In this document: piece by piece, positions 19,367 to 29,397 of the stretch | Layout: the number at the start of each line of letters is the position of its first letter | Numbering within the stretch: the first letter of the stretch is position 1 | NCBI GenBank assembly: GCA_963782115.1 | Contig: CAWAIK010000001.1 | Location: 32,001-96,000 of the forward strand | Direction: 5' to 3' | Source: an uncultured Verrucomicrobiae bacterium | GTDB taxonomy: Bacteria > Verrucomicrobiota > Verrucomicrobiia > Chthoniobacterales > JAFAMB01 | DNA length: 64,000 nucleotides | Notes under the pieces: generated by a model | Database searches by the model: none | Told to the model about the DNA's origin: nothing | Seen by the model: only the letters and a program-made list of their open reading frames with translations | Made by a program: the position numbers and the translations under genes

Positions 19367-20791
19367 CTATCCCGCGACCTCATCCCGGGTCAACGTTCCG
19401 TTTATCGTGCGCCAGATCTTACGAATGTTGCTGTTTTGCAACTCCGTTGGCAACAGCTCCTGCGGCAGGCCTTGATAACAAACTGGTCTGGCAAACCGCT
19501 GGATTGCCGCTGTCCCAACTGACGTGAACCTGTTGTCTGTGGTTGCGGGGTACGGACCTCCGTGGTGCATCGACGGAGCGACTTCTACGCCGGTCGGATA
19601 ACCGTTCCACACAATGCGTCCCGCCTTTTCCTGCAACACACGCAGCAAACGTCCGCTCAGTGTTTCATCCTCCGGTTCGGCGTGAACTGTTGCGGTCAAC
19701 TGACCGTCAAGCTCGCCCGCCAGTGCAATTAACTCATCTGCATTCTCGCATCGCACCAGAGCAGTTGCAGGCCCGAATATTTCGTCATGCAGGGCGCTTT
19801 CTTGGCGAAACTTCTTTCCATCGGTTACTAACAAATAGGCGCCTCCTTTTGCTCGGATATAATCCTTTGCCTTTGACAGGGATTCTTCGAAACGCTTGGA
19901 AATCGAATTGTTGAGCATGCGACCTTTTGGCACTTTGGATAGTTCTTCACCTAGCCGCGCGGCAAACTGGCCTAAGGCCGCGGAATCCTGCGCAATGACC
20001 AATCCCGGTTTTGTGCAGAATTGGCCTGTTCCCAAGGAGACTGAACCCGCCACGCCCGTTGCGATCGGTTCCCAGCGTTTTTCGAGCGCCCGCGGCAGTA
20101 CGAACAACGGGTTTAGACTCCCCATCTCCGCGAAAACGGGAATCGGTTCAGGGCGCGAATTTGCCGCATCGAACAGTGCTCGACCAGCCCTTGTGGACCC
20201 GGTGAATCCCACCGCTCTCATCAACGGGTGGCGAACGAGTTCAAGACCGATTTCAACGCTCGCCTCCTCAATCATGGCAAAAACGCCTTCCGGCATCCGG
20301 CAGTCTTCAGCAGCTTTCAAGATGGCAGCAGCTGCGATTGCCGAAGTTTCGGGATGTCCAGGGTGAGGCTTCACCACCACTGGACAGCCCGCAGCCAGCG
20401 CTGAGGCGGTGTCGCCTCCCGCAACCGAGAATGCCAGCGGGAAGTTGCTGGCGCCGAATACGGCCACTGGACCCAGAGGGATCAGCATCCGGCGAAGATC
20501 GGGTTTGGGGGTCGGTTTTCTGTCCGGAAGCGACGTATCGATCCGAGCATCCACCCAGGATCCCTCTCGAACGAGATCGGCGAACATCTTGAGCTGGTTC
20601 ACCGTGCGTGCTCTCTCACCGACAAGTCGATCCAGGGAAAGAGCCGTTTCCTCGACGCAGGTTGAAATCAATTTCTCGCCGGCGGCCATCAATCGTTCTC
20701 CGATTCGTTCCAAGAATCCGGCGAGAACTTCCGGTCCCGGGCTGCAATAAGCCGCGGCGGTTTCGACGATCTTCTCAAGTTGTTGGGGCAT
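19367..20791 (-). CDS. Aldehyde dehydrogenase, alpha-ketoglutaric semialdehyde dehydrogenase (KGSADH)-like
   Basis: FGASNFPLAFSVAGGDTASA, GFTGS, AEMGSLNP, GQFCTKPG and HGGPYPAT motifs. Confidence 0.92.
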   Translation of the reverse strand: MPQQLEKIVETAAAYCSPGPEVLAGFLERIGERLMAAGEKLISTCVEETALSLDRLVGERARTVNQLKMFADLVREGSWVDARIDTSLPDRKPTPKPDLRRMLIPLGPVAVFGASNFPLAFSVAGGDTASALAAGCPVVVKPHPGHPETSAIAAAAILKAAEDCRMPEGVFAMIEEASVEIGLELVRHPLMRAVGFTGSTRAGRALFDAANSRPEPIPVFAEMGSLNPLFVLPRALEKRWEPIATGVAGSVSLGTGQFCTKPGLVIAQDSAALGQFAARLGEELSKVPKGRMLNNSISKRFEESLSKAKDYIRAKGGAYLLVTDGKKFRQESALHDEIFGPATALVRCENADELIALAGELDGQLTATVHAEPEDETLSGRLLRVLQEKAGRIVWNGYPTGVEVAPSMHHGGPYPATTDNRFTSVGTAAIQRFARPVCYQGLPQELLPTELQNSNIRKIWRTINGTLTRDEVAG

Positions 20792-20886
20792 AAGGGAGAG
20801 TAAGCCGATCGGCGTATCGGAGAGCCTTGTACCAAAATGATCTCTGCAATCTGCGTAATCTGTGGTTAATAAATTCGGAAGTTACG

Positions 20887-22068
20887 TTAAATCAATCGGC
20901 GCCTGGCCAGGCTTCGCATAAGGTGGGTCGCACCAAAATTCCAGGGCTCACAATCGTTGGTGTGCCGCATACGGTTCGCGAGAGCTCCTAGTTTGTCCGA
21001 GCTGATTCTCACGATGTCGCCGATTTTATGGCTGAATCCCATCCCGGGAACGTCGCGGTCCTCCGTTGGCGCGAACATGGTACCGAGAAAAAGGACAACA
21101 CCGTCCGGGTATCCATGATGCGGTCCGATCATCTGTGCCACAAGGTCGCGCGGATCCCTGCTGATCCGGGATAATGAAGAGACCGCGTGAAGATGAAATT
21201 CATCTTCGCCATCGATTGTCATGTGAACCTCCATCTGGCGGATGTCTTCGAGAGAAAAGCTTTCGTCGAAGAGGCGGATGAAAGGGCCTACAGCGCAGCT
21301 GGCGTTGTTATCTTTCGCCTTGCCAAGCAGCAGCGCGGATCGACCTTCGACATCCCGAAGATTCACGTCGTTGCCGAGCGATGCCCCTATGATCTCGCCG
21401 GCGCTCGAAAGAATAAGGACAACCTCAGGCTCCGGGTTGTTCCAAGACGAAATCGGATGAAAGCCGGCGTCATGGCCGTAGCCGACAGCCGACATCGGCT
21501 GAGCCTTGGTGAAAAGCTCTGCGTCCGGTCCAATCCCGACTTCCAGGTATTGAGACCAGAGACCTTTTTTTAGCAAGAGTTCCTTCAACGAAGCAGCTTG
21601 CCGGCTTCCTGGTATCAATTTGTCCAATGCCTGGCCGACCGATGAGACAATTTCATTTCGAATTGAGGAAGATTCCTGCGGATTACCGCGGGCTTGCTCT
21701 TCAATTATCCGTTCCAGCAGGCTCACGGCAAACGTCACTCCGGCAGCTTTGATGGCTTGCATGTCGATGGGCGCAAGCAACCACGCTTTTCGCGCATCGC
21801 GCTGATCGGGCGGCGAATTTTGCAGAAGCTCATCGAGCGTACCAACTGGTTCCCCTGAAAGAGCGGCGACGCTTGCGGCCGGCTTCTGCGCTTCACACAA
21901 GTCGCGCATCGTCGGGAACGTTTCGCTGATGTCGAGCAGGGCCCCGTCGCGGACAACGACGACAGAAGGTCCTTGAACGTCAGGGCGCCATACTCGCCCT
22001 ACGAGGCATCCGAGCGGCCAATCGGTCGGGAGGATATTCTGATGATCTATCTTGGTTTTCCAATTCAT
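20887..22068 (-). CDS. FAH-family protein, XylX-like 2-keto-3-deoxypentonate dehydratase
   Basis: KAAGVTFA, SQYLEVGIGPDAE, WNNPEPE and NDVNLRDVEGRSALLL motifs. Confidence 0.88.
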   Translation of the reverse strand: MNWKTKIDHQNILPTDWPLGCLVGRVWRPDVQGPSVVVVRDGALLDISETFPTMRDLCEAQKPAASVAALSGEPVGTLDELLQNSPPDQRDARKAWLLAPIDMQAIKAAGVTFAVSLLERIIEEQARGNPQESSSIRNEIVSSVGQALDKLIPGSRQAASLKELLLKKGLWSQYLEVGIGPDAELFTKAQPMSAVGYGHDAGFHPISSWNNPEPEVVLILSSAGEIIGASLGNDVNLRDVEGRSALLLGKAKDNNASCAVGPFIRLFDESFSLEDIRQMEVHMTIDGEDEFHLHAVSSLSRISRDPRDLVAQMIGPHHGYPDGVVLFLGTMFAPTEDRDVPGMGFSHKIGDIVRISSDKLGALANRMRHTNDCEPWNFGATHLMRSLARRRLI

Positions 22069-22750
22069 TGGGAAGATTCCATGACATTATGAGATGACTT
22101 TTGTCGAAACCGAAGGATTGACCGTGTCTAGGAAAGTTGCCAGTAGTCAGTGTCAGTAGTGGGAAGAGTCGGTCGAAGTATCCATCTCGACAAGTCTCAG
22201 CTCGAATGGATACTTCCACCGAGGCCGTCCGGTGACCAGACCGGCCCGAAACAGTTATTGCTCGGCGTCTCTTTGAAGACCTTCGTTGCGCCAGTGGAGA
22301 CCTCCGCCACGGCGATGTAAAGCAGAATGCTTGAACGTGCATTTTGCCTATGAGTATTTAGATCTGACCCCACAAAATATGAAATGTATGGAATGTAAAG
22401 TTCTGGGTGCGGAAGGCAAATTCATGTGTATTATATAAACTTTCGAAGGAGAAGCTGATGAAACCAACCCGCTGGGAAGACATCCTTTCCGGCTCTGAAC
22501 GTGTCAGTCGGAGAAATTCGGCCCCCCGAGGGTCGGACGAGAGCTTTTTCAGCCTTTTGCTGGAGATGGAAGGCCGTTTGCGCGCAGGCATGAAGGATGA
22601 TTCACAGCTTGGACCTGGACGACGCAAGTATTCAAAAATAAGGCATCCTAAGCGATCGACGCCCAGCACACTCTCTCGTTATATTGAGTAGCTGAGACTG
22701 CACAGGCCGATCCGAATCGAGACCTGGTTGCGAAGTGGAGTTCACTTTCT

Positions 22751-23776
22751 ATGGATACTATTGCATTGGCCCAGGTCCCGGGGATGCGGCTCATTCAGTT
22801 TCTAGAGGACGGACTGACTCGAGTTGGTTTGGTGGAAGATGCGGAAACAGTTCAGGCGCTCGTAGTCCAGGGTGGAACCTATGCTCTGGCTCAACGTGCG
22901 ATTCAGGAGGGCCGATCGGTTCGTGACATTGTCGAGTCTTTGAAAGGGAACGAACAGGTCTCCTATCAGGCGCTCGTTGACGCAGGCACCTTACTGCCGC
23001 CAATCATGCACCCCGATCCTGCGCACTTTTGTGTTTCGGGCACGGGGCTGACTCACTTGGGCAGCGCCGATACCCGTGACTCCATGCACGTGAAATTGAA
23101 CGATCCATCCGGGGCGTTGACCGATTCGATGAAGATGTTCAAGCTCGGCATCGAAGGAGGTAAGCCGGAGGCAGGAAAAATCGGCGCCCAGCCCGAATGG
23201 TTCTACAAAGGGGATGGCAGCTCTATCGTGGCGCCTTATGCGCCCATTCCAGTTCCTGCATTTGCTCTGGATGGCGGTGAAGAACCGGAGCTGGTCGGAA
23301 TTTATTTGATCGGTCCGGACCGAAAGCCTTATCGGATCGGGTTCGCTTTGGGAAATGAATTCTCGGATCACGTCACGGAGAGGCAAAATTATTTGTGGCT
23401 CGCTCATTCGAAGCTCCGCTATTGCAGTTTCGGCCCGGAATTGCGTCTTGGCGAAGTTCCTCAGGCACTTGAGGGAGTGAGCAGGGTGCTGCGAAACGGG
23501 AAGCCGTTATGGGAAAAGCCTTTTCTGACCGGGGAAGAAAACATGTGTCACACGGTCGCCAATCTCGAACATCACCATTTCAAGTACCCGCAGTTCCGTC
23601 GTGCGGGGGACCTGCATATTCACTTTTTTGGCACTTCGACGTTGAGTTTTGCCGACGGCGTCAAGACGGTGGAAAACGACCAATTCGAAATCTCTGTACC
23701 TGCATTTGGACGGCCGCTGCTGAATCCTTTGCACTTTGTGGTGGACGAAGGTCACGTCGCTGTCACGCAGATCTAG
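22751..23776 (+). CDS. GguC/AraD1-like FAH-fold protein
   Basis: GTGLTHLGSA, QPEWFYKGDG, GNEFSDHVTE and HHFKY motifs. Confidence 0.85.
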   Translation: MDTIALAQVPGMRLIQFLEDGLTRVGLVEDAETVQALVVQGGTYALAQRAIQEGRSVRDIVESLKGNEQVSYQALVDAGTLLPPIMHPDPAHFCVSGTGLTHLGSADTRDSMHVKLNDPSGALTDSMKMFKLGIEGGKPEAGKIGAQPEWFYKGDGSSIVAPYAPIPVPAFALDGGEEPELVGIYLIGPDRKPYRIGFALGNEFSDHVTERQNYLWLAHSKLRYCSFGPELRLGEVPQALEGVSRVLRNGKPLWEKPFLTGEENMCHTVANLEHHHFKYPQFRRAGDLHIHFFGTSTLSFADGVKTVENDQFEISVPAFGRPLLNPLHFVVDEGHVAVTQI

Positions 23777-23905
23777 AACTCAGGAGCCAGGAGTTGCAGG
23801 AGTCCAGGGGGCAAATACCTTTGGGCGGTAAAACAAACTAATGGCATTGAATCGACTGCTGGCCACTCGTATTCTGCAACTCCTGAACTCCTGACTCCCG
23901 TCTTA

Positions 23906-25258
23906 ATGAAATTATTCCATGTTGCCGACGTGCACCTTGGTCGTCGACGGATGGAAGGCCGCTTGCCGGACGCCGACTTGGCTGCGGCCTTCGATCATGT
24001 GGCAAAGAAAGCGATTGAAGAGAGGGCGGACGTTTTTCTGATCGCCGGCGATCTGTTTGACCGGCCGACGGTGGAGCCTCCGCATCTGCGTCAGGCTCAA
24101 CGGATTCTCGGTTGCCTGAAAGGGAGTGGAATTCCGGTGATCGCGATCGAGGGAAATCACGACAGGGCCTTCATTCACTCCGAAGAGCCTACCTGGATGC
24201 AGTTTTTGGCTGAAGACGATCTTCTGGTGCTGCTGCGGACCACCTTCGATTCGACCGGACCGATTCTGACTCCGTGGAATCCCACCCGAAGGGCCGGGTC
24301 CTGGATCGATTTTGACGGGATTCGGTTCGTGGGAGCCGGCTATCTCGGCGCTGCCACGCCGTTCAAGGTCCGCCAACTAGTGTCGCGGCTGGAGAGCGAT
24401 AAAACGCACGTTCTCATCCTGCATGCGGGGCCGGACTATTTTGTCGGGGAGGGGGGCGGATTTTCTTCGTCCGATCTGCAGGCGCTGAACGAGAAAACGT
24501 GTTATCTCGCGCTGGGCCATATTCATCGTCCTATGCTTTACGGTGCTTGGGCCTGCAACCCTGGATCACCGGAAAACTGTGATCTGGGCGAAGCGAGTTA
24601 TGACCGCCATCCAGGAGGGGTTTCGGTGGCGCGCGGCTATGCGGTTCTGCAGATTGACCCTGCTCAACGTCAGAAGCCGATCGACCTTCGGATTCACAGC
24701 AATCCGCGCCGCCCCGTTCACCGTCTGACCCTTGATTGTTGGCCGTTTGGAAATAAGACGAAGGATGGTGCGGCTGCACTTGTCAAAGCAGCGGTGAAGC
24801 TCATTCGGACGGCGGAAGTCGCGCCAGAATCTGTGATCGATCTCAGGCTGACGGGGAAGTTAAACCTGAGCCGTATCGCTTTGGATCAGGCATGGGCCGC
24901 AAGCGAGATCGAGACGCAGGCAGAAGTGTTTGCCGTATCTGTCGATTTTGGCAGTCTGGACGTCGGAGGATCGTTTGCGGAAACTGAACTGGCCACCAAA
25001 GGCTTCTCTCGGGAAGATCTGGAGAAAGCGGCGATTCGGGATGTCGTGGCCGCGAAACACCTTTGGGGAATTGATCATCGAGAGGATGAATTTTCCGCAT
25101 TTTGTTACGAGCTCAAAGAGGCGGTCCGCCAGGAAAAATCCGGGACTGAATTGGCGGAACTAATTGGGCGCAGTCCACTCGTGGAACTGATCGTGAAGTC
25201 AAATTCAGCGACGGCAGAAAGGCAGACATTCCAAGACTTTTCGGAGGACGCCCCGTGA
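23906..25258 (+). CDS. sbcD: SbcD/Mre11-like DNA repair exonuclease
   Basis: ADVHLG, AGDLFD, EGNHD and LALGHIH motifs; overlaps the SMC gene. Confidence 0.88.
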   Translation: MKLFHVADVHLGRRRMEGRLPDADLAAAFDHVAKKAIEERADVFLIAGDLFDRPTVEPPHLRQAQRILGCLKGSGIPVIAIEGNHDRAFIHSEEPTWMQFLAEDDLLVLLRTTFDSTGPILTPWNPTRRAGSWIDFDGIRFVGAGYLGAATPFKVRQLVSRLESDKTHVLILHAGPDYFVGEGGGFSSSDLQALNEKTCYLALGHIHRPMLYGAWACNPGSPENCDLGEASYDRHPGGVSVARGYAVLQIDPAQRQKPIDLRIHSNPRRPVHRLTLDCWPFGNKTKDGAAALVKAAVKLIRTAEVAPESVIDLRLTGKLNLSRIALDQAWAASEIETQAEVFAVSVDFGSLDVGGSFAETELATKGFSREDLEKAAIRDVVAAKHLWGIDHREDEFSAFCYELKEAVRQEKSGTELAELIGRSPLVELIVKSNSATAERQTFQDFSEDAP

Positions 25259-28200
25259 TTGTTCAGTCGATGCGGCTTAAGAACATCAAGTCGTATGGAG
25301 AAGGACTCGATGGCGACGGCGTGACAATCTCTTTTGAACCTGGAACGAACCGCGTAGCCGGGAAAAATGGACATGGTAAGACGACCCTGATCGAAAGTCT
25401 CGGATACGCGCTCTTCCTGACCGAGCCGATATTTGAAGAAAGTTTTCAGCTGGATACTTATTTTCTTCGGGCCGGAAAGAAGGCAGCAGAGATCGATGTA
25501 ACGTTCAGCCACCGAGGTGAATACTATCGGATTGAGCGCGGTCTGGGCCCGCATAGTCGGCGGCAAGCAAAGGTTGTTGAGTTGGAGGACGGGAGCACCT
25601 GCGCGGAAGGTAAAAGAGAAGTCGCCGCCTTCTTATGTCGATTGTTTGATTTGCCGGATCCTAACCGCTTCTCGGAACTCTTCTGGAAGCTGATTGGCGT
25701 TCGGCAAGGCCGTCTCACATGGCCGTTTGATTCGAAGCCGAGTGTCGCAAAGGATTTCTTCGAACCGCTCCTGGATGTGGCGGTGTTCCGCGAGTGTTTT
25801 GAGTCGCTCAAACCGGCCGTGGACGAATTCATGGCGCGTCTTCATGAGCAGGAAAGAGTTCGAGCCGCCGTCGAAGAGCGAATTCGCGAACGCGGCGACA
25901 GCCCTGCCACGCTTGAGGCGAAGCGCCGGCAATTCCGCGAGATTGAGCTGCGCCTGCAGGAATTGAATAAAGTTCAGGAAGACATTTCGAAGAGGTTGGC
26001 GCATCTCGAAGCGACGGAGATTTCGCTAAGAGCGACCGAATTACAACGAAGCGGGGCCGAGAATGCGCTCGGGTTAGCCCGGCAACAGCGTGAGATCTCC
26101 GACCAACGGATGCGAGAATCCGCAGAAGCCGCCGCCGTCGTTGCGCTGGTCGCGTCAGGTTACAACTCCTTCGAAAATGCTGAGAAAGAACTCCAGGTCC
26201 TTCGAGCAAAACAGGCTGAACAGCATCGGCTTGAAATGGAAATTGCCGATGCGGAAAAGAAAAAGATCGAGCTCGACGGCAAATCAAACGCGGCGCGTTC
26301 GCAGACGGATGTTTTTGCCCGGCAGAGACAGGGAAAGGAGGCGGAGCGGTTAAACATCCGTGAACGGGTCGAAGCGCTTCGAAATCGTTTGCGGCTCTCT
26401 CAGCCGGAATTCGAAAAGCAGAAGGGCCTGGCGAACAGGGCGACTCATTATCTTTCTGAGATGCGCCATTTCGTGAGCGGTTTTGCGGACCTGCTTGCGC
26501 ATGGGGAAACGACATTGAAGAAAATGAAGGCGATAACGGCAGCCCTCGCTGCAACGGATGCCTCTGCCCTGCAGGCAGCGCGGCATCAAGAAGAGACCAC
26601 GGCCGAGGCGCTACACTCTTTCCGGCAACAACTCGCTGCTGCGAACGCCGAGCACGCTGGGCTCCTGAAACAGCTTCAAGAAATCGGAGACGGAATTTGT
26701 CCTTTTTTGAAGGAGCGATGCAGGCAGTTCGATCCTTCCAAAGTGGAAGGAGATATGAAAGATAAGAGCGCGACGATTGAATTTCTGGAGAGTAAAGGAG
26801 GAATTGCCGAATCCGCTTTTCGCGCGGCGCAAATCGAACATGAACGTCGGCGCGAGGAAGAACAGAATCTGTTCAGGAAGAGCAGTCAGCTTGAACAGAT
26901 GGGCATTGATTTCTTGTCTGCATTTGAACGTTTTGCCTGGGAAAAGACCGGGGAACCGGTGAACGGGTTGCGACAATGGACTCAAGAAGTGCAAGCCATG
27001 CCCGAGTGCCCGGCTCCGCAGGCGAAAGGCCTCGACACCGAAATATTTGAGAAAATCCACGAGCAAAATGTCGACTATTTGAAGGAATTGAAAACCTGGT
27101 GGCAAAGGACTGAGAAGGTTGTGCAAGAGCGGATCAATGTGGTTCTGGAGGAAGAAAGGCGGCTGGGTTCGGATCAACAGGACGAAGTCAATAACAAAGA
27201 TCTTCTTCGACGGATCGAATCTGAAATTGGGAAACTCGCGCTCGCAGAGAATGAACAGCGCGAAGCTGCCGCCGGCTGCCGGAAAGCATCCGTGGAGCTT
27301 GAAAGAACAATTGCCCAACTCGATCAACGCCGCCGAGCTTTCGACTTTTTGGGCGAGGAAATCGTGCTCCTGGAACGCACGCAACAGAAGTACCGGAGCG
27401 ACTATCAGCGGTATCTTGGGGCAAAGCCGTTAGCCGATGAACGAAGTTCGCGCGAAATGGAACTGAACGTTCGACGAGAACAGGAGGGACGCGCAGTAGC
27501 GAAGCTGAGGCTTTGTGAGAGTACGCTTTCGGAGTTGGGCAGAGGTTTTGACGAGTCCGCGTTAACCGCTGTGCGCCGCGAATTTCAAGAGACAAGTGCC
27601 GCATCAGCGGCGGAATCGAACAAATTGGAGAATGCGCGACGAGAAACCGATCGCGAAGAGAGCCGTTTCCGCGAGTGGCAGGAAGCGTGCGCCAGCCGGG
27701 ACGAAATCGTTCGCGTCCTCCAACGATTGGCAGCCGAGATCAAGTTAACGGAATTAGCGCGCGTCGCTCTGAGGGATTCCGCTCCGATCGTGGCTCAACA
27801 TATGTGCGACAGAATTGCCGGACAAGCTCAACGGATCTTTAATCGGATCAATCATGATTCTGTGGAACTGAGGTGGGAAGCTGTGCCGCGTTACAGTCTG
27901 CGAGTGATTCCCGGGGATCGGCGATTTGCCATGCTTTCAGGCGGCGAACAGACCAAGCTTGCATTAGCAATGACCCTCGCCATGATCCAGGAGTTCAGCG
28001 GATTGCGGTTCTGCATCTTTGACGAGCCTACCTACGGAGTCGATGCCGAAAGCCGGGAAAAGCTCGGGGACGCCTTGCTTGAATCGCAAAAAGCTGCGGA
28101 ACTGGAGCAATTGATTCTTGTTTCACACGACGACGCCTTTGATGGAAAAATTGAACACTCGATTTTTTTGCGAAAAACAGCTGCCACCGGAACCGAAGTT

Positions 28201-28263
28201 GTTCAGTTCCCCAGCCAAGTAAATAGTCGGGAAAGCCAGAACCCTGTTACTAGCGGAGCTTGA
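25255..28263 (+). CDS. sbcC: SbcC/Rad50-like SMC ATPase
   Basis: Walker A GKNGHGKTT, long coiled coil with central CPFLKERC, signature LSGGEQ, Walker B IFDEP and VSH. Confidence 0.88.
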   Translation: MIVQSMRLKNIKSYGEGLDGDGVTISFEPGTNRVAGKNGHGKTTLIESLGYALFLTEPIFEESFQLDTYFLRAGKKAAEIDVTFSHRGEYYRIERGLGPHSRRQAKVVELEDGSTCAEGKREVAAFLCRLFDLPDPNRFSELFWKLIGVRQGRLTWPFDSKPSVAKDFFEPLLDVAVFRECFESLKPAVDEFMARLHEQERVRAAVEERIRERGDSPATLEAKRRQFREIELRLQELNKVQEDISKRLAHLEATEISLRATELQRSGAENALGLARQQREISDQRMRESAEAAAVVALVASGYNSFENAEKELQVLRAKQAEQHRLEMEIADAEKKKIELDGKSNAARSQTDVFARQRQGKEAERLNIRERVEALRNRLRLSQPEFEKQKGLANRATHYLSEMRHFVSGFADLLAHGETTLKKMKAITAALAATDASALQAARHQEETTAEALHSFRQQLAAANAEHAGLLKQLQEIGDGICPFLKERCRQFDPSKVEGDMKDKSATIEFLESKGGIAESAFRAAQIEHERRREEEQNLFRKSSQLEQMGIDFLSAFERFAWEKTGEPVNGLRQWTQEVQAMPECPAPQAKGLDTEIFEKIHEQNVDYLKELKTWWQRTEKVVQERINVVLEEERRLGSDQQDEVNNKDLLRRIESEIGKLALAENEQREAAAGCRKASVELERTIAQLDQRRRAFDFLGEEIVLLERTQQKYRSDYQRYLGAKPLADERSSREMELNVRREQEGRAVAKLRLCESTLSELGRGFDESALTAVRREFQETSAASAAESNKLENARRETDREESRFREWQEACASRDEIVRVLQRLAAEIKLTELARVALRDSAPIVAQHMCDRIAGQAQRIFNRINHDSVELRWEAVPRYSLRVIPGDRRFAMLSGGEQTKLALAMTLAMIQEFSGLRFCIFDEPTYGVDAESREKLGDALLESQKAAELEQLILVSHDDAFDGKIEHSIFLRKTAATGTEVVQFPSQVNSRESQNPVTSGA

Positions 28264-28276
28264 CCGAAAGACCGGC

Positions 28277-29329
28277 ATGACGCGTATTAGTTCACCCAGG
28301 AGAAACCGAATGAACCGTACATTAGCCACCCTCGCTGCGGCCGGATTGACGCTCGCAAATGTCTGGGCTCAGGATAAACCGCTGCCGCTGCCCGACAAAT
28401 ACGAACAGCCGCTCGGCACCTGTTATGAGGAACTCAGATATCCTTATCCGACGGCTTTCCTGAACCTGTTTGTCGAGGGTCAAGACCTGCGGATGTGCTT
28501 TATGGATATCCAACCGCCCAAAAACCCGAATGGACGTACGGTTGTCTTGCTACATGGGAAGAATTTTTATGGCGCATACTGGGCGGATACCGCCAAATTT
28601 CTGACGGATCGCGGATTTCGCGTGATCATACCTGACCAGCTCGGCTTCGGGAAATCCTCCAAGCCGAGCATCCATTACAGCTTCGATTTTCTGGCGGAGA
28701 ACACGGCCGGCCTGCTTGATCTCCTTCAAGTCCAGAAAGCCACGATTATCGGGCACTCGATGGGCGGTATGCTGGCTATCCGGTTTGCCAGGCTATACCC
28801 AGGCCGCACGGAAGCGTTGGTCCTTGAAGATCCAATTGGCCTTGAAGATTATTCATTGAGCGTGCCGCCCGCCCCCCTTGAACAGCTCTATCAACAGGAA
28901 CTGAATCTGAGCCTGGACGAATATCGCAAATATGTGCAGAGCTATTTCGTAACATACCCGAAGGATCGGGCGGAAGCGTTTGTCGAACCCCGTATGCGAG
29001 TCAGTTTGAGCGGCGATTTTCCACGCTGGGCGTTATGCGCGGCCTTGACGACTCTCATGATCTATCAGCAACCCGTTTGCTACGAGCTCTCCGAAATCAA
29101 GGTTCCTACACTTCTGATTGTTGGTCAGGAAGATCATACGGCTCTGGGCAAAGATCGTGCGCCGATCGATCTGCGACGAAATCTTGGCAATGTTCCTGAG
29201 CTCGCGAAAAAAGCTGCCGAGGCGATCCCGGGAGCGCGGCTCATTGAATTGCCGAACGTCGGGCACATTCCTCACTTGGAAGCTCCAGGCGCATTTTATC
29301 AAGCCGTCGAAGACTTCCTCCGACGCTGA
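28277..29329 (+). CDS. Exported alpha/beta hydrolase (start possibly at 28310)
   Basis: Signal peptide, LLHGKNF, GHSMGG nucleophile elbow and GHIPH. Confidence 0.88.
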   Translation: MTRISSPRRNRMNRTLATLAAAGLTLANVWAQDKPLPLPDKYEQPLGTCYEELRYPYPTAFLNLFVEGQDLRMCFMDIQPPKNPNGRTVVLLHGKNFYGAYWADTAKFLTDRGFRVIIPDQLGFGKSSKPSIHYSFDFLAENTAGLLDLLQVQKATIIGHSMGGMLAIRFARLYPGRTEALVLEDPIGLEDYSLSVPPAPLEQLYQQELNLSLDEYRKYVQSYFVTYPKDRAEAFVEPRMRVSLSGDFPRWALCAALTTLMIYQQPVCYELSEIKVPTLLIVGQEDHTALGKDRAPIDLRRNLGNVPELAKKAAEAIPGARLIELPNVGHIPHLEAPGAFYQAVEDFLRR

Positions 29330-29397
29330 AGGGGAAGCGTATCGGCGTCCCGGGAGAAAGGTGTCGGCGAATCGGCGGCCGTTGAAGTAAGATCGCT

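Noticed and set aside
22407..22691. 94-aa ORF between the FAH paralogs
   Set aside because: No recognisable motif; cannot be supported or excluded
23906..28263. SMC-based defence system (Wadjet or Lamassu)
   Set aside because: The partner is an Mre11-type phosphoesterase and no jet or lmu accessory genes are present; an ordinary SbcCD fits better
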